Below, in pieces: positions 28,025-36,343 of a stretch of DNA of 36,343 nucleotides. The position numbers and the translations under genes are program-made. Numbering within the stretch: the stretch's first letter is position 1; the number at the start of each line of letters is the position of its first letter. Source of the DNA: Rivularia sp. (in: cyanobacteria). GTDB lineage: Bacteria > Cyanobacteriota > Cyanobacteriia > Cyanobacteriales > Nostocaceae. The notes beneath the pieces are model-generated. The model did no database searches. It was not told where the DNA came from and saw only the letters and a program-made list of their open reading frames with translations. Location: contig JBHJOU010000988.1 in the NCBI GenBank assembly GCA_050329355.1, positions 1 to 36,343 of the forward strand, written 5' to 3'.

Positions 28025-28711
28025 ATGGAAAACACTCAGAGTGTACAGCAGGAGTCGTCTAAAGTCAAAGAATCGGCACCTATTTCAGAAAGCAACGAAT
28101 CGACAAAGAAAATAAACAGTTTTGGTAATGTAGCAATATATTTATTCACCCATTACCCTTGGCTATTTTTGACAGGTTTATTGTTGATGTTTCTAGGAGG
28201 AGGTGCGCTGTCAATATACAGTTTAGGCTATGTTGATGAAAGTATAAAACGTAAAGATTCCGAAGAATTAGAGGTTGAGGTTATACCACCACAGGTAAGT
28301 GCTGAAGCTGTTGAAAGCAATGAAAATCCTATACCCTTATGGATGGTAGCTGCTATAGCTCTTAGTTGCGCTAGTGGATGTTTAGTAATTTTAAGATTTA
28401 TCAATCGTCCCAGAAAAAAACCTAAAATCATCAAGCGTGTTATTAATCGCGATGAAATACGTTTAGCACAGGGACGTTATCAAGCAATGGAAGCACGTTT
28501 ACCAAAAAGGAAAACACCTGTTTACGTATCATCTCACCCACGGAGAACTCCGATAATGGCTATGCCCCCGCAAAAGCCGCAACCAAAGCCTGTTGTTACT
28601 GTTTTACCCCCCGAACATAGTTTTAAGCCCGATCAAAACAATCAAGATTCTTTGGCTGATATTATGGATATTCGCAAACAAAACTCTTTATCGTCAATGT
28701 TGCATAAGTAG
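28025..28711 (+). CDS. Hypothetical membrane protein (two hydrophobic segments, Pro/Lys-rich tail)
   Basis: Long ORF following ddl; TM-like WLFLTGLLLMFLGGGALSIYSL and LWMVAAIALSCASGCLVIL. ATG start chosen at 28025. Confidence 0.75.
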   Translation: MENTQSVQQESSKVKESAPISESNESTKKINSFGNVAIYLFTHYPWLFLTGLLLMFLGGGALSIYSLGYVDESIKRKDSEELEVEVIPPQVSAEAVESNENPIPLWMVAAIALSCASGCLVILRFINRPRKKPKIIKRVINRDEIRLAQGRYQAMEARLPKRKTPVYVSSHPRRTPIMAMPPQKPQPKPVVTVLPPEHSFKPDQNNQDSLADIMDIRKQNSLSSMLHK

Positions 28712-29408
28712 TATAGCAATGGTCATATTGGCTAGGACATCATCCGCCAGTTCTTAAGGGAACAGGAAACAGCAAACAGAGAAATGTCCTAACAATTGTG
28801 GCTACCACTATTTTTAGTACTAAAATACTATTATTTTGAAAGAATCAATTTTTTTGTAAATTAAGTATTAAATATTAAATATTTAGATCAAAGCTTGTCA
28901 TTCCACGCTTTCGATAATTTACCGTCGATATGCGTGTTTTTTGATGTTTCTGTCCTTCGTTCCCTTGTCTCTGGCAAGGAATGCAGTATTTGAGGCTCTA
29001 CCTCGTAATCAACTGGAGGCAGAGCTTCATGCAGCTTTTTTTCAGATGGAGACTGACAAACAGTTCTATTGTAATTATAGAAAGCGTTGAGAGCAGTCTA
29101 AATTAAGCTATTAACTGCGTTATTGCCTGATTTTCAACTAAATTATCAAACAAATTAGAAAACCTGCCAAAATGGCAACCAACTTCAAATTGAGTCAGTT
29201 ATCTTTAATCAAGATAAACGACTTCAAGGGTGTTGTTATCAGGGTGTATCACTTTAATAACCGATTGTGATACGCTCTTTACCAAAAAAAATTATCTTTT
29301 TTCAATGGGATATACATCCTAACAGTTAAATGAGATAATTGTCAATGATAATTAGGATTAAAATAAAATCCAAAAAATCCAAAAAAATTACAAAAAAATC
29401 TAAGTTTA

Positions 29409-29569
29409 ATTTGCCGCATTAGGAATACCAACCGCGTACAAACGTTGTGTTGACCCAAAAACAGCCCCCAAAATCAAGGCAATGTTTGTACGTATTCCTG
29501 AACGCTTCAGCGGCAAATGTAAGAATGGGAGTGAATGCTTGTGGTATGCATCCTCCCATTCTTATTTTT
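29409..29569 (+). ncRNA. Candidate structured small RNA (long bulged hairpin plus terminator)
   Basis: Nested stems atttgccgc/gcggcaaat, aggaatac/gtattcct and cgtacaaacgttg/caatgtttgtacg, followed by a terminator-like hairpin. Lies between convergent genes. Confidence 0.45.
29520..29569 (+). terminator. Intrinsic terminator-like hairpin
   Basis: taagaatgggag (29520-29531) pairs with ctcccattctta (29553-29564), followed by TTTTT. Confidence 0.65.
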
Positions 29570-29587
29570 ATGGGTACTTGTTGCGAT

Positions 29588-30523
29588 TCAGAAGAATTTT
29601 GTACTTTTTAAAAATTCAATAGTCGCTATTTTAATTGCATCTGCGGAACCACTTGAAGCGTCATGATGACAGTTAGTAAGAATTTGGAATTGAGAATTAG
29701 GAATAAGCTGATGCAGTCTTTTCCCATCTTCAATTTTGAACCAATTATCTTGTTCACCCCACATAATTAATGTATGACATTGAATCTTAACTAAATGTTC
29801 CTGAATTTTGGTCAACCAATTAGGTTGATTGTTTATATAACTTTCAATTTCTCGTGCAGCGATTTGTAATTCTTGAGCAATTTTAAAAAAAGTACCGGGG
29901 AACTCGATATAGGGGTAGGTTATCCAGAATACATCTTCTGTTGTCAAAATTGAAGGGTCAAATAATACATTACGTCTTTCTATTGCCATGATTTCTCTAA
30001 TCAATGGTGCGAAAAGGTAGCTGAAACGGAATTTATCAATTATTTCTATTAATTGTAGGGGTGTGTTTGCGAGTATAGACATACCCCAATGAGGAAGCTT
30101 TTTCGCGAATACTGGAACATTCACAATTACTAAATGAGAAATTAATTCCGGATATTCTTCAGCAAAAGCCAGAGCAATTAAACCTCCTAGAGATTCTGCT
30201 AATATTGCTACTGGTTCATCACATAATGATTTAATAATCCGTTGTAATTCAATTACTTGATGTCCTGTAGTTTCTTCGCGATGTAAAGGTTTTTCAGAGA
30301 ATCCAAACCCTTTAGCATCAAAGCAAATGACTCTAAAATATTTAGATAATGGTTCGATTAGATAGCGCCAGTTATAGCTCCAGCTACCAATACCATGCAG
30401 TAAAAATAAAGGTTTACCCGTACCTTTTTCACCATAAGCAATTTGTACGGGATAACCTTGATTATCAGTAATAGTTATTTTTTGTTGTCCTTGAGGAAAG
30501 GTATTTTGCCACCAGTCTTTCAT
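29588..30523 (-). CDS. Alpha/beta fold hydrolase
   Basis: LLHGIG, DAKGFGFS, nucleophile elbow AESLGG, WGEQD and CHH. Confidence 0.9.
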   Translation of the reverse strand: MKDWWQNTFPQGQQKITITDNQGYPVQIAYGEKGTGKPLFLLHGIGSWSYNWRYLIEPLSKYFRVICFDAKGFGFSEKPLHREETTGHQVIELQRIIKSLCDEPVAILAESLGGLIALAFAEEYPELISHLVIVNVPVFAKKLPHWGMSILANTPLQLIEIIDKFRFSYLFAPLIREIMAIERRNVLFDPSILTTEDVFWITYPYIEFPGTFFKIAQELQIAAREIESYINNQPNWLTKIQEHLVKIQCHTLIMWGEQDNWFKIEDGKRLHQLIPNSQFQILTNCHHDASSGSADAIKIATIEFLKSTKFF

Positions 30524-30549
30524 TACAATAAATATTAATTGGTAATGGG

Positions 30550-30637
30550 TAACTCCTAACTTCTAACTCCTAACTCCTAACTCTTAACTCCTAACTCTTA
30601 ATCCAAAATCCAAAATCCAAAATTTAAAATCCAAAAT
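30550..30637. repeat. STRR tracts (taactcy)n and (aatccaa)n
   Basis: Directly visible heptamer tandem repeats. Confidence 0.85.
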
Positions 30638-30640
30638 TCT

Positions 30641-31147
30641 TTAGCTTCCTGTCAAAATTCCCCAAATTAAACGTGTAATCACGACGGAAAATGTAACTAA
30701 ACCGATAGCAAGTAATAATAATACAGCTAAAAGTATAAATACAAACCAAATATCGGCTCTTTTGTTTTGACTAGGAAATTTTAAATGTTCTTCCAACAAT
30801 TTGATATTATGGTCATTCGCTTTCCAAGCGAAATCAAAGAAGTCTCCAAAAATGGGTACTGTACCTACTAAGCCATCAATAAGAATATTTACAGTCATTC
30901 TGCCTAAAGTTGCTTTAGAAGCACCCAATCGTGCCGATTCTAAGACAATATACATTGAAAGCAGAACACCTATAAAGTCACCACCTGCGGGTATTAGTCC
31001 GATTATTGGATCTAAACCTACACCTATTCCGGTACCAGGAATAGTAATAGCTTTATCTAAGATGCGGCTGAGAATCCGTAGACGTTTTAAAGTAGGTGCT
31101 TTGATATCAGGGTTGAGAGAATAAAATTGAGAAGGTGGCAAAGACAT
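30641..31147 (-). CDS. DUF4112 family membrane protein
   Basis: LDKAITIPG..GLDPIIGLIPAGGD...GTVPIFGDFFDFAWKAN pattern. Confidence 0.85.
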   Translation of the reverse strand: MSLPPSQFYSLNPDIKAPTLKRLRILSRILDKAITIPGTGIGVGLDPIIGLIPAGGDFIGVLLSMYIVLESARLGASKATLGRMTVNILIDGLVGTVPIFGDFFDFAWKANDHNIKLLEEHLKFPSQNKRADIWFVFILLAVLLLLAIGLVTFSVVITRLIWGILTGS

Positions 31148-31259
31148 GGGAGGAATGACTTTTATAGGATGAAATAGCTGGTTCTTTTATTGTTATAATT
31201 GAACGTTGGATAATATTGCAGTAAATATGTAGTTAAAAATACTATTTAATTAATTTTAA

Positions 31260-32171
31260 TTAATTTAAATTTCCATCAGCTTCAATTTTTTTGAAGGAAT
31301 TGGGATACATATTTTTTCCTACAGTGACATTTAATTGATTACCTATTAATATTACAGCAGCAGTCATATAAAGCCATAGCATGAGTACAATTACAGTACC
31401 AATAGCGCCGTATGCTTTGTTGTAATTACCAAAATTCGCGACATAAATTCTAAATAAATTTGAGACAAAAGCCCAGCAAATAGCTGCAAATATTGCTCCC
31501 GGCATAATTGGTGTTCCTTTTTTCCAACGGCTCGGGCCATAACGATAAATAAAAGCGAAGGCAGAAGCTACAATTATTAATGCTAATGGATAACGCATCA
31601 AGTTCCAGAGGTGAGATAAAAAGTTTAAGTAACCACCAGAATTATCTACTACAAATTGCAAAAGTTCTCCACTGATAAATATTAAAATACAAGCTATTAA
31701 CAAAAGGATAATAGTACCAATTGTTAAGCCTAAAGATACGAGTTTTGCTTGCCAAAATGGGCGTATTTTATCTAAAGATGTTTGTTGAATTTGATCTAAA
31801 GCACCCATTACGGTACTAATTGCACCAGAAGAAGTCCAAAGTGCAGCGATAAAACTCACTGAAAATAAACCGCCATTTTTGGAACTAGCAATTTCATTTC
31901 TAGCAAATTCACTAATTAAATCTAAAACTTCTTGAGGTGCGATTTCGCTAAGTTGTTGTGCTAGTTCATTAAAGATATTTTGCAAACTTTGTTCTAACAA
32001 ACCAATTGCTGTCAAAATAGCAAGAATTCCTGGAAATAGAGATAACATGGCGTTATAAGCAATTTCGGATGATAATCCTAAGAGTCGCTGTTTGCCTACA
32101 TTAGTAGCAACTTGTTTAAGAGTTTTGAAATTCAGGTGACGAAAAAATCTTAAAAAACGAGGTTTTATCAT
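31260..32171 (-). CDS. YihY/virulence factor BrkB family membrane protein
   Basis: IAYNAMLSLFP, IYRYGP and YNKAYGAIGTVIVLMLWLY motifs. The track's N-terminal extension is an STRR, so the start was moved to 32171. Confidence 0.88.
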   Translation of the reverse strand: MIKPRFLRFFRHLNFKTLKQVATNVGKQRLLGLSSEIAYNAMLSLFPGILAILTAIGLLEQSLQNIFNELAQQLSEIAPQEVLDLISEFARNEIASSKNGGLFSVSFIAALWTSSGAISTVMGALDQIQQTSLDKIRPFWQAKLVSLGLTIGTIILLLIACILIFISGELLQFVVDNSGGYLNFLSHLWNLMRYPLALIIVASAFAFIYRYGPSRWKKGTPIMPGAIFAAICWAFVSNLFRIYVANFGNYNKAYGAIGTVIVLMLWLYMTAAVILIGNQLNVTVGKNMYPNSFKKIEADGNLN

Positions 32172-32182
32172 GGCAAGGTAAT

Positions 32183-32214
32183 TGATAACTGATAACTGAT
32201 AACTGATAACTGAT
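32183..32214. repeat. STRR tract (tgataac)n
   Basis: tgataac repeated four or more times. Confidence 0.85.
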
Positions 32215-32215
32215 T

Positions 32216-33964
32216 TCAAGTCAACTTGAGTATGGCATTTGACTGAGTTTCTTCTCCAATTTTTGCGGTAATTCGTTTTTTATCGATTTTCCATTTTAAT
32301 TCAAGGTACTCTTGAATAACTTTTGCTCTTGTCTTATTAGTTTCTACAGTTTCGTCTGGCTTCTGATTGGCAATTACTTCTAGATTTAAGTTAGGTTGTT
32401 GTTGTAAAGTAGCAGCTATACTATCTAAAACTTCAAGGCTTTCGGTTGTAAGTATTGTTGATTTTTCTTCAAAGTTAATACTTATGGGAGTTGCAGCAAT
32501 CCTCTTCATGCTGACTTTCGCTGTGGGGTAATTTAATCTTTGTCTAATCTCATTAGCAAGTAAAACTTGAGCATCTTGATCAATATCGCGATCGCTTAAA
32601 TATATGATGCGGATACCCATCGGTTCTACTGGATTGTTAATCAAATCGTAATTAATCATCCTTGCAGGTGGTGGAAGTTTTAAATTAAGTAAAGCTGAGT
32701 TGATTTCTTGCAAAAAGTTGGCTTGTAATTGAGCAATGGTAATGATTGTTTCTGGTGGCTCTTCTTGAGGTGTTGTACGTAAAAATTGGTTGGATGCGGT
32801 AGGAATTTCAATTAAGTTTAAGGATAATAATTCTTGCCGTTTACCTAAACGATTTGCTAATAGTTTAACGAACTGATTTTGTTCTCCGGGTGTATATAAT
32901 TCACTAGTAACAATTTGGAGTTGAACCATCAATTTTCGATTGTTTTCACGAGTTGAAACTTGACTAATAAAAGAACGTGGTTCCCCTGAAGGTAAATCGG
33001 CAAAATATTCGCTCCAAATGTCTCTAATTGCTGAATTAATCCGATTTTCCTGTTGTTTTAAAGTAATTTCCTGTTTAAGTTGCATAAATGATTGATTGAG
33101 AGGAAATAAAATACTGAAAATCGTAATTATAATTAATATGAATCTGCCGGGAAGACTACCAATCTTTTTAAGTTGTTTTGATTGAGGAAGTAATTCTAAA
33201 AGATTTCTTGCCCAGTGACTTTCTTTGTATTTTAGTCGCCATTCTCTAACTGTTTGTTTAGTGCTAACGCTATCAATATGTAAAGCCAGAAAAACAATCA
33301 TGGCGGTAAAAGTAATTGCTACCAAGTTGGTGAAAAACAATAATCCACCGCCTCTTGCAACTCGTAATCCATTCGTCATATTGACGCTGACAGCGATACC
33401 AAAGCCGTAGCCTACAACACATAGAGGTGGCATCAAAGCAACTGCGATCGCAACACCAGGAATTGAAGTTACTACCCCTTTTGGCTTTTTACAAATAGCC
33501 ACAGAACCCACAGCACCGGAAAATAATGCTACCACTAAATCTAAAATATTCGGTTGAGTACGGGCTAAAATTTCCGGAGTCATTTCCTTGAAAGGTAGTA
33601 AGGAAACTAACAACACCGCAAACAAAATAGCAACTACACAAGAAAGCGCCAGCTTAATAATTGCCCGCACTGCTAAAATTACATCACCCGCAGCCAATGC
33701 TAAACCATTACCCAAAATACTCCCCATCAAAGGAGAAATTAACATTGCTCCAATAATCACCGCAGGGCTATTTAATACAAGCCCGAGAGTGGCAATCCCA
33801 GCCGAAAAAAGCACTTCAAGCCAATAGCTAATGTCTCTGAGAATAACAGAATTACATATTCCCAGATAAACCTCTTCCTTACGAACTGTATCAATTTCTA
33901 AGTTATTTGATAGCCAATCTCGGAACATACCAAATTTTTCACCTTTTTTATTTTGCTGATTCAT
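32216..33964 (-). CDS. DUF389 (TIGR00341-like) membrane protein with a long C-terminal soluble region
   Basis: IATLGLVLNSPAVIIGAMLISPLM, EILARTQPNILDL and PGVAIAVALMPPL motifs; the C-terminus is OmpA-like. Start is uncertain. Confidence 0.82.
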   Translation of the reverse strand: MNQQNKKGEKFGMFRDWLSNNLEIDTVRKEEVYLGICNSVILRDISYWLEVLFSAGIATLGLVLNSPAVIIGAMLISPLMGSILGNGLALAAGDVILAVRAIIKLALSCVVAILFAVLLVSLLPFKEMTPEILARTQPNILDLVVALFSGAVGSVAICKKPKGVVTSIPGVAIAVALMPPLCVVGYGFGIAVSVNMTNGLRVARGGGLLFFTNLVAITFTAMIVFLALHIDSVSTKQTVREWRLKYKESHWARNLLELLPQSKQLKKIGSLPGRFILIIITIFSILFPLNQSFMQLKQEITLKQQENRINSAIRDIWSEYFADLPSGEPRSFISQVSTRENNRKLMVQLQIVTSELYTPGEQNQFVKLLANRLGKRQELLSLNLIEIPTASNQFLRTTPQEEPPETIITIAQLQANFLQEINSALLNLKLPPPARMINYDLINNPVEPMGIRIIYLSDRDIDQDAQVLLANEIRQRLNYPTAKVSMKRIAATPISINFEEKSTILTTESLEVLDSIAATLQQQPNLNLEVIANQKPDETVETNKTRAKVIQEYLELKWKIDKKRITAKIGEETQSNAILKLT

Positions 33965-34184
33965 GATAAGAGAGTATGGGGGAGACAAGGGAATGAGGAG
34001 ACAAGGAGATGGGGAGACAAGGGGATGGAATTTTAATTACTTTTAACTCCTCACTCTTCACTTTTAAGTAAACATTGTTCTCTATTGATGGATTTTTGGT
34101 GTTAAGCCTTAATTTATCGTAAAAATATAGCTATGTGAGATGAATTTGCTTTGTTGATTGTACAATTATTACAGATATTATTCT

Positions 34185-34628
34185 ATGAGTGAAGATTTAA
34201 CCCAACAATGGTTGACAGAGATTCAAGCTTTGAAACAGCAGATAGCACAACTTCAAGCTGAACGAATCGCGACTTGGGAAAGTACTGAAAAATGGCGTAA
34301 ACTTTATAACATTGAAGCCGAGCAACGTCGTAATGATGCTCAACTTTTTCAGCAGACTATTGCTTCTTTGAAAGCAGAAATTCAGAAACTTAAAGGTATA
34401 GAAGATGCCACTCTTCCAGATAGCGAAACAGTGACAGCGATTCAGCAGGAAGTAGCCCAACTCACAACAGTAGAAGACTTGAAAACCAAACTTACCTTAA
34501 CTATGAAAGAACGCGATCGCCTTTTACAAGCTTTAAAAACTGAACAAGAAAATCATCTTCAAACCCGTAAAAGTTTAACTACTGCATTAGGTGATGCTAT
34601 CGATGGTTTAAAACGACAAAAAAATTAA
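34185..34628 (+). CDS. Hypothetical coiled-coil protein
   Basis: Heptad-rich Q/E/L/K ORF; ATG at 34185. Confidence 0.75.
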   Translation: MSEDLTQQWLTEIQALKQQIAQLQAERIATWESTEKWRKLYNIEAEQRRNDAQLFQQTIASLKAEIQKLKGIEDATLPDSETVTAIQQEVAQLTTVEDLKTKLTLTMKERDRLLQALKTEQENHLQTRKSLTTALGDAIDGLKRQKN

Positions 34629-34631
34629 TAC

Positions 34632-34665
34632 AGGTTAAAGGTTAAAGGTTAAAGGTTAAAGGTTA
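34632..34665. repeat. STRR tract (aggttaa)n
   Basis: About five tandem heptamers. Confidence 0.85.
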
Positions 34666-34753
34666 GAACTTAAAATTATACTCATTATCTTTGTGGTTAT
34701 TACTGATTAAAAAATATTTCACGAATTTAATTACCAATTACCAATTACCAATT

Positions 34754-36343
34754 TTAATCAATTGCTTCGAGTATTTTGTCAAATTGAAAGTTTTCGGCAA
34801 AATGTTTTAATACCGTTGTTAATTCGATATTTTGGTCGGGAATTTGTTCTATTAGCTCTAAGATTAAGTTGTCGCTACATTGGGCTGCGGCATGATATAT
34901 TTGTGCTACTAATTCAGGGGTAATTTGAGACAATAAATTACGTAAGTTAGTTGATGTAAAAATGTTTATTGATACAGTAGTTGCTTGTTGAAAGCTAGAG
35001 TTTTCTTCTGCTTTTTCTTGATATAAATATTTGACTCCGAGGTGTTCTTTGAGTTTTTTTAGTAGTGTTTCTTTAGAAAATGGCTTGTTAATTAAATCAT
35101 CGCAACCGGCTTGAATAATTATATTTTTTTGTTCTTCAAAGGCATTTGCAGTTAAAGCAATAATGATGGTTTTTGTGGTAATTAAAGTATGAGATATTGT
35201 TTCTTGTTGTCTGGATTTAATAATTTTTGTGGCTTGATATCCGTCCATTGTTGGCATTCGCATATCCATTAATATCAAGTGTGGTTGCCATTCTTCCCAT
35301 AAGTTTATTGCTTGTAAGCCGTTAGCAGCTTCTTTGACGTTAAATCCAAGTTGGGAAAGCATTTTTATGATTAACAAACGACTTTCCGGACGGTCATCAA
35401 CGACTAAAATACGATATTGTATTTGAGATGGAGCTAAACTAATTATTTGACAGTTATTTTGATTAGTTTCGGTTTTCGGTGGAAAAGCAAGATTTACTTG
35501 AATATCAAAAGTGAATTTTGAACCAACTCCGGGGGTACTTTCAACTGTAATATCTCCTCCCATTAACTGTACATATTTACGGCTAATTGCTAAACCTAAG
35601 CCGGTTCCCTGCTGTGATTCTCTTCCAGAAGAGGTTTGTTTAAAGGCTTCAAATAAAAGTTGAATTTCTTCGGGTAAAATACCAATTCCTGTATCTGTAA
35701 CTTCAAAAATAAGACAAATTTTAGAAGCAGAAGAACTAATTTCTAACTGATTTCCCCTCATCTCCCCATCCCCTTGTCCCCTTCTCCCCTTGTCTCCCCA
35801 TCCTCCCATCTTCACGCTTAATTTAACGCTACCTTTTTTAGTAAATTTAATGGCGTTTCCTAAGAGATTGATCAAAACTTGACGCAGTTTACTAGCGTCG
35901 GTTTGGATATAACGGGGAATGTCTGCTGCATTTTCAAATGTGAGTTGTAACCTTTTCCCTAAAGCACGGAAACGTAACATTTCTTGCAGGTTATCCAAGA
36001 AGGTATGTAAATCGAAATCGATAATATTTAATGATATTCTACCGGCTTCGATTTTGGACATTTCCAGAATATCGTTGATTAAACTGAGTAAATGTTCCCC
36101 TGCACGGTTAATAATTGCTAAGGAATTTTGATGTTCTTCTGTAATAGTTTTATCTTGGGTGATTAATTGACTAAAGCCTAAAATCGCGTTGAGAGGAGTT
36201 CGCAATTCGTGGCTCATGTTGGCTAAAAATTCGCTTTTGGCTCGGTTGGCTGCATCTGCGGCGATGACGGCTTGCTGTAGAGCTTGTTGAGCAAGTTTGA
36301 TGTCGGTAATATCGGTGATGGTAGCAATATAACCTTTGAATTC
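34754..36343 (-). CDS. Hybrid sensor histidine kinase/response regulator, 5'-partial (PAS end-HisKA-HATPase-REC)
   Basis: The frame stays open to the window edge ([16 protein letters not shown]...[20 protein letters not shown]). Motifs [15 protein letters not shown] and ILMDMRMP. Confidence 0.92.
   Translation of the reverse strand, partial: EFKGYIATITDITDIKLAQQALQQAVIAADAANRAKSEFLANMSHELRTPLNAILGFSQLITQDKTITEEHQNSLAIINRAGEHLLSLINDILEMSKIEAGRISLNIIDFDLHTFLDNLQEMLRFRALGKRLQLTFENAADIPRYIQTDASKLRQVLINLLGNAIKFTKKGSVKLSVKMGGWGDKGRRGQGDGEMRGNQLEISSSASKICLIFEVTDTGIGILPEEIQLLFEAFKQTSSGRESQQGTGLGLAISRKYVQLMGGDITVESTPGVGSKFTFDIQVNLAFPPKTETNQNNCQIISLAPSQIQYRILVVDDRPESRLLIIKMLSQLGFNVKEAANGLQAINLWEEWQPHLILMDMRMPTMDGYQATKIIKSRQQETISHTLITTKTIIIALTANAFEEQKNIIIQAGCDDLINKPFSKETLLKKLKEHLGVKYLYQEKAEENSSFQQATTVSINIFTSTNLRNLLSQITPELVAQIYHAAAQCSDNLILELIEQIPDQNIELTTVLKHFAENFQFDKILEAID
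35752..35810. repeat. STRR-like tract inserted in frame in the HATPase domain
   Basis: (tccccwt..)n encodes [19 protein letters not shown]. Confidence 0.75.

Noticed and set aside
29345-29422. Lys-rich 25-codon ORF upstream of the candidate ncRNA
   Set aside because: It arises from A-tracts and has no SD or homology support.
17719-34753. Tandem repeats as a possible CRISPR array
   Set aside because: They are 7-nt STRR units without unique spacers, and no cas genes are present.
30801-36131. Antisense ORFs in DUF4112, DUF389, the coiled-coil gene and the kinase
   Set aside because: Shadow frames opposite well-supported genes.

Overview
AT-rich cyanobacterial DNA, probably from a filamentous or heterocystous (Nostocales-like) strain: HIP1 GCGATCGC occurs at 3004, 3769, 18721, 22954 and elsewhere, and heptamer STRR tracts are common. 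Positions ~345-26505 hold a nearly complete far-red light photoacclimation (FaRLiP) cluster. The minus strand carries rfpB-rfpA-rfpC, an extra receiver protein, chlF (psbA4, chlorophyll f synthase), psaA2, psaB2, psaL2 and psaI2. The plus strand carries psbA3, apcD5, apcB2, apcD2, apcE2, apcD3, psbD3, psbC2, a 55-aa ORF missed by the ORF track, psbB2, psaF2 and psaJ2. FaRLiP is a known system, but this copy has several unusual features. (1) The master photoreceptor rfpA is broken by one in-frame TAA. (2) No psbH2 is visible, and an unannotated PsaJ-like small membrane ORF lies between psbC2 and psbB2. (3) A degenerate rfpC paralogue follows rfpC. (4) A non-autonomous IscB/HEARO (omegaRNA) element sits between rfpB and psbA3, and a TnpB IS borders the cluster on the left. 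(5) A shared TWCTTCA-N4-TTCTTCA direct repeat upstream of chlF and psbA3 is a candidate RfpB box. The right third holds housekeeping and accessory genes (ddl, an alpha/beta hydrolase, DUF4112, YihY, a DUF389 fusion, a partial hybrid kinase) and a candidate structured ncRNA. All calls come from reading the sequence; no database searches were run.
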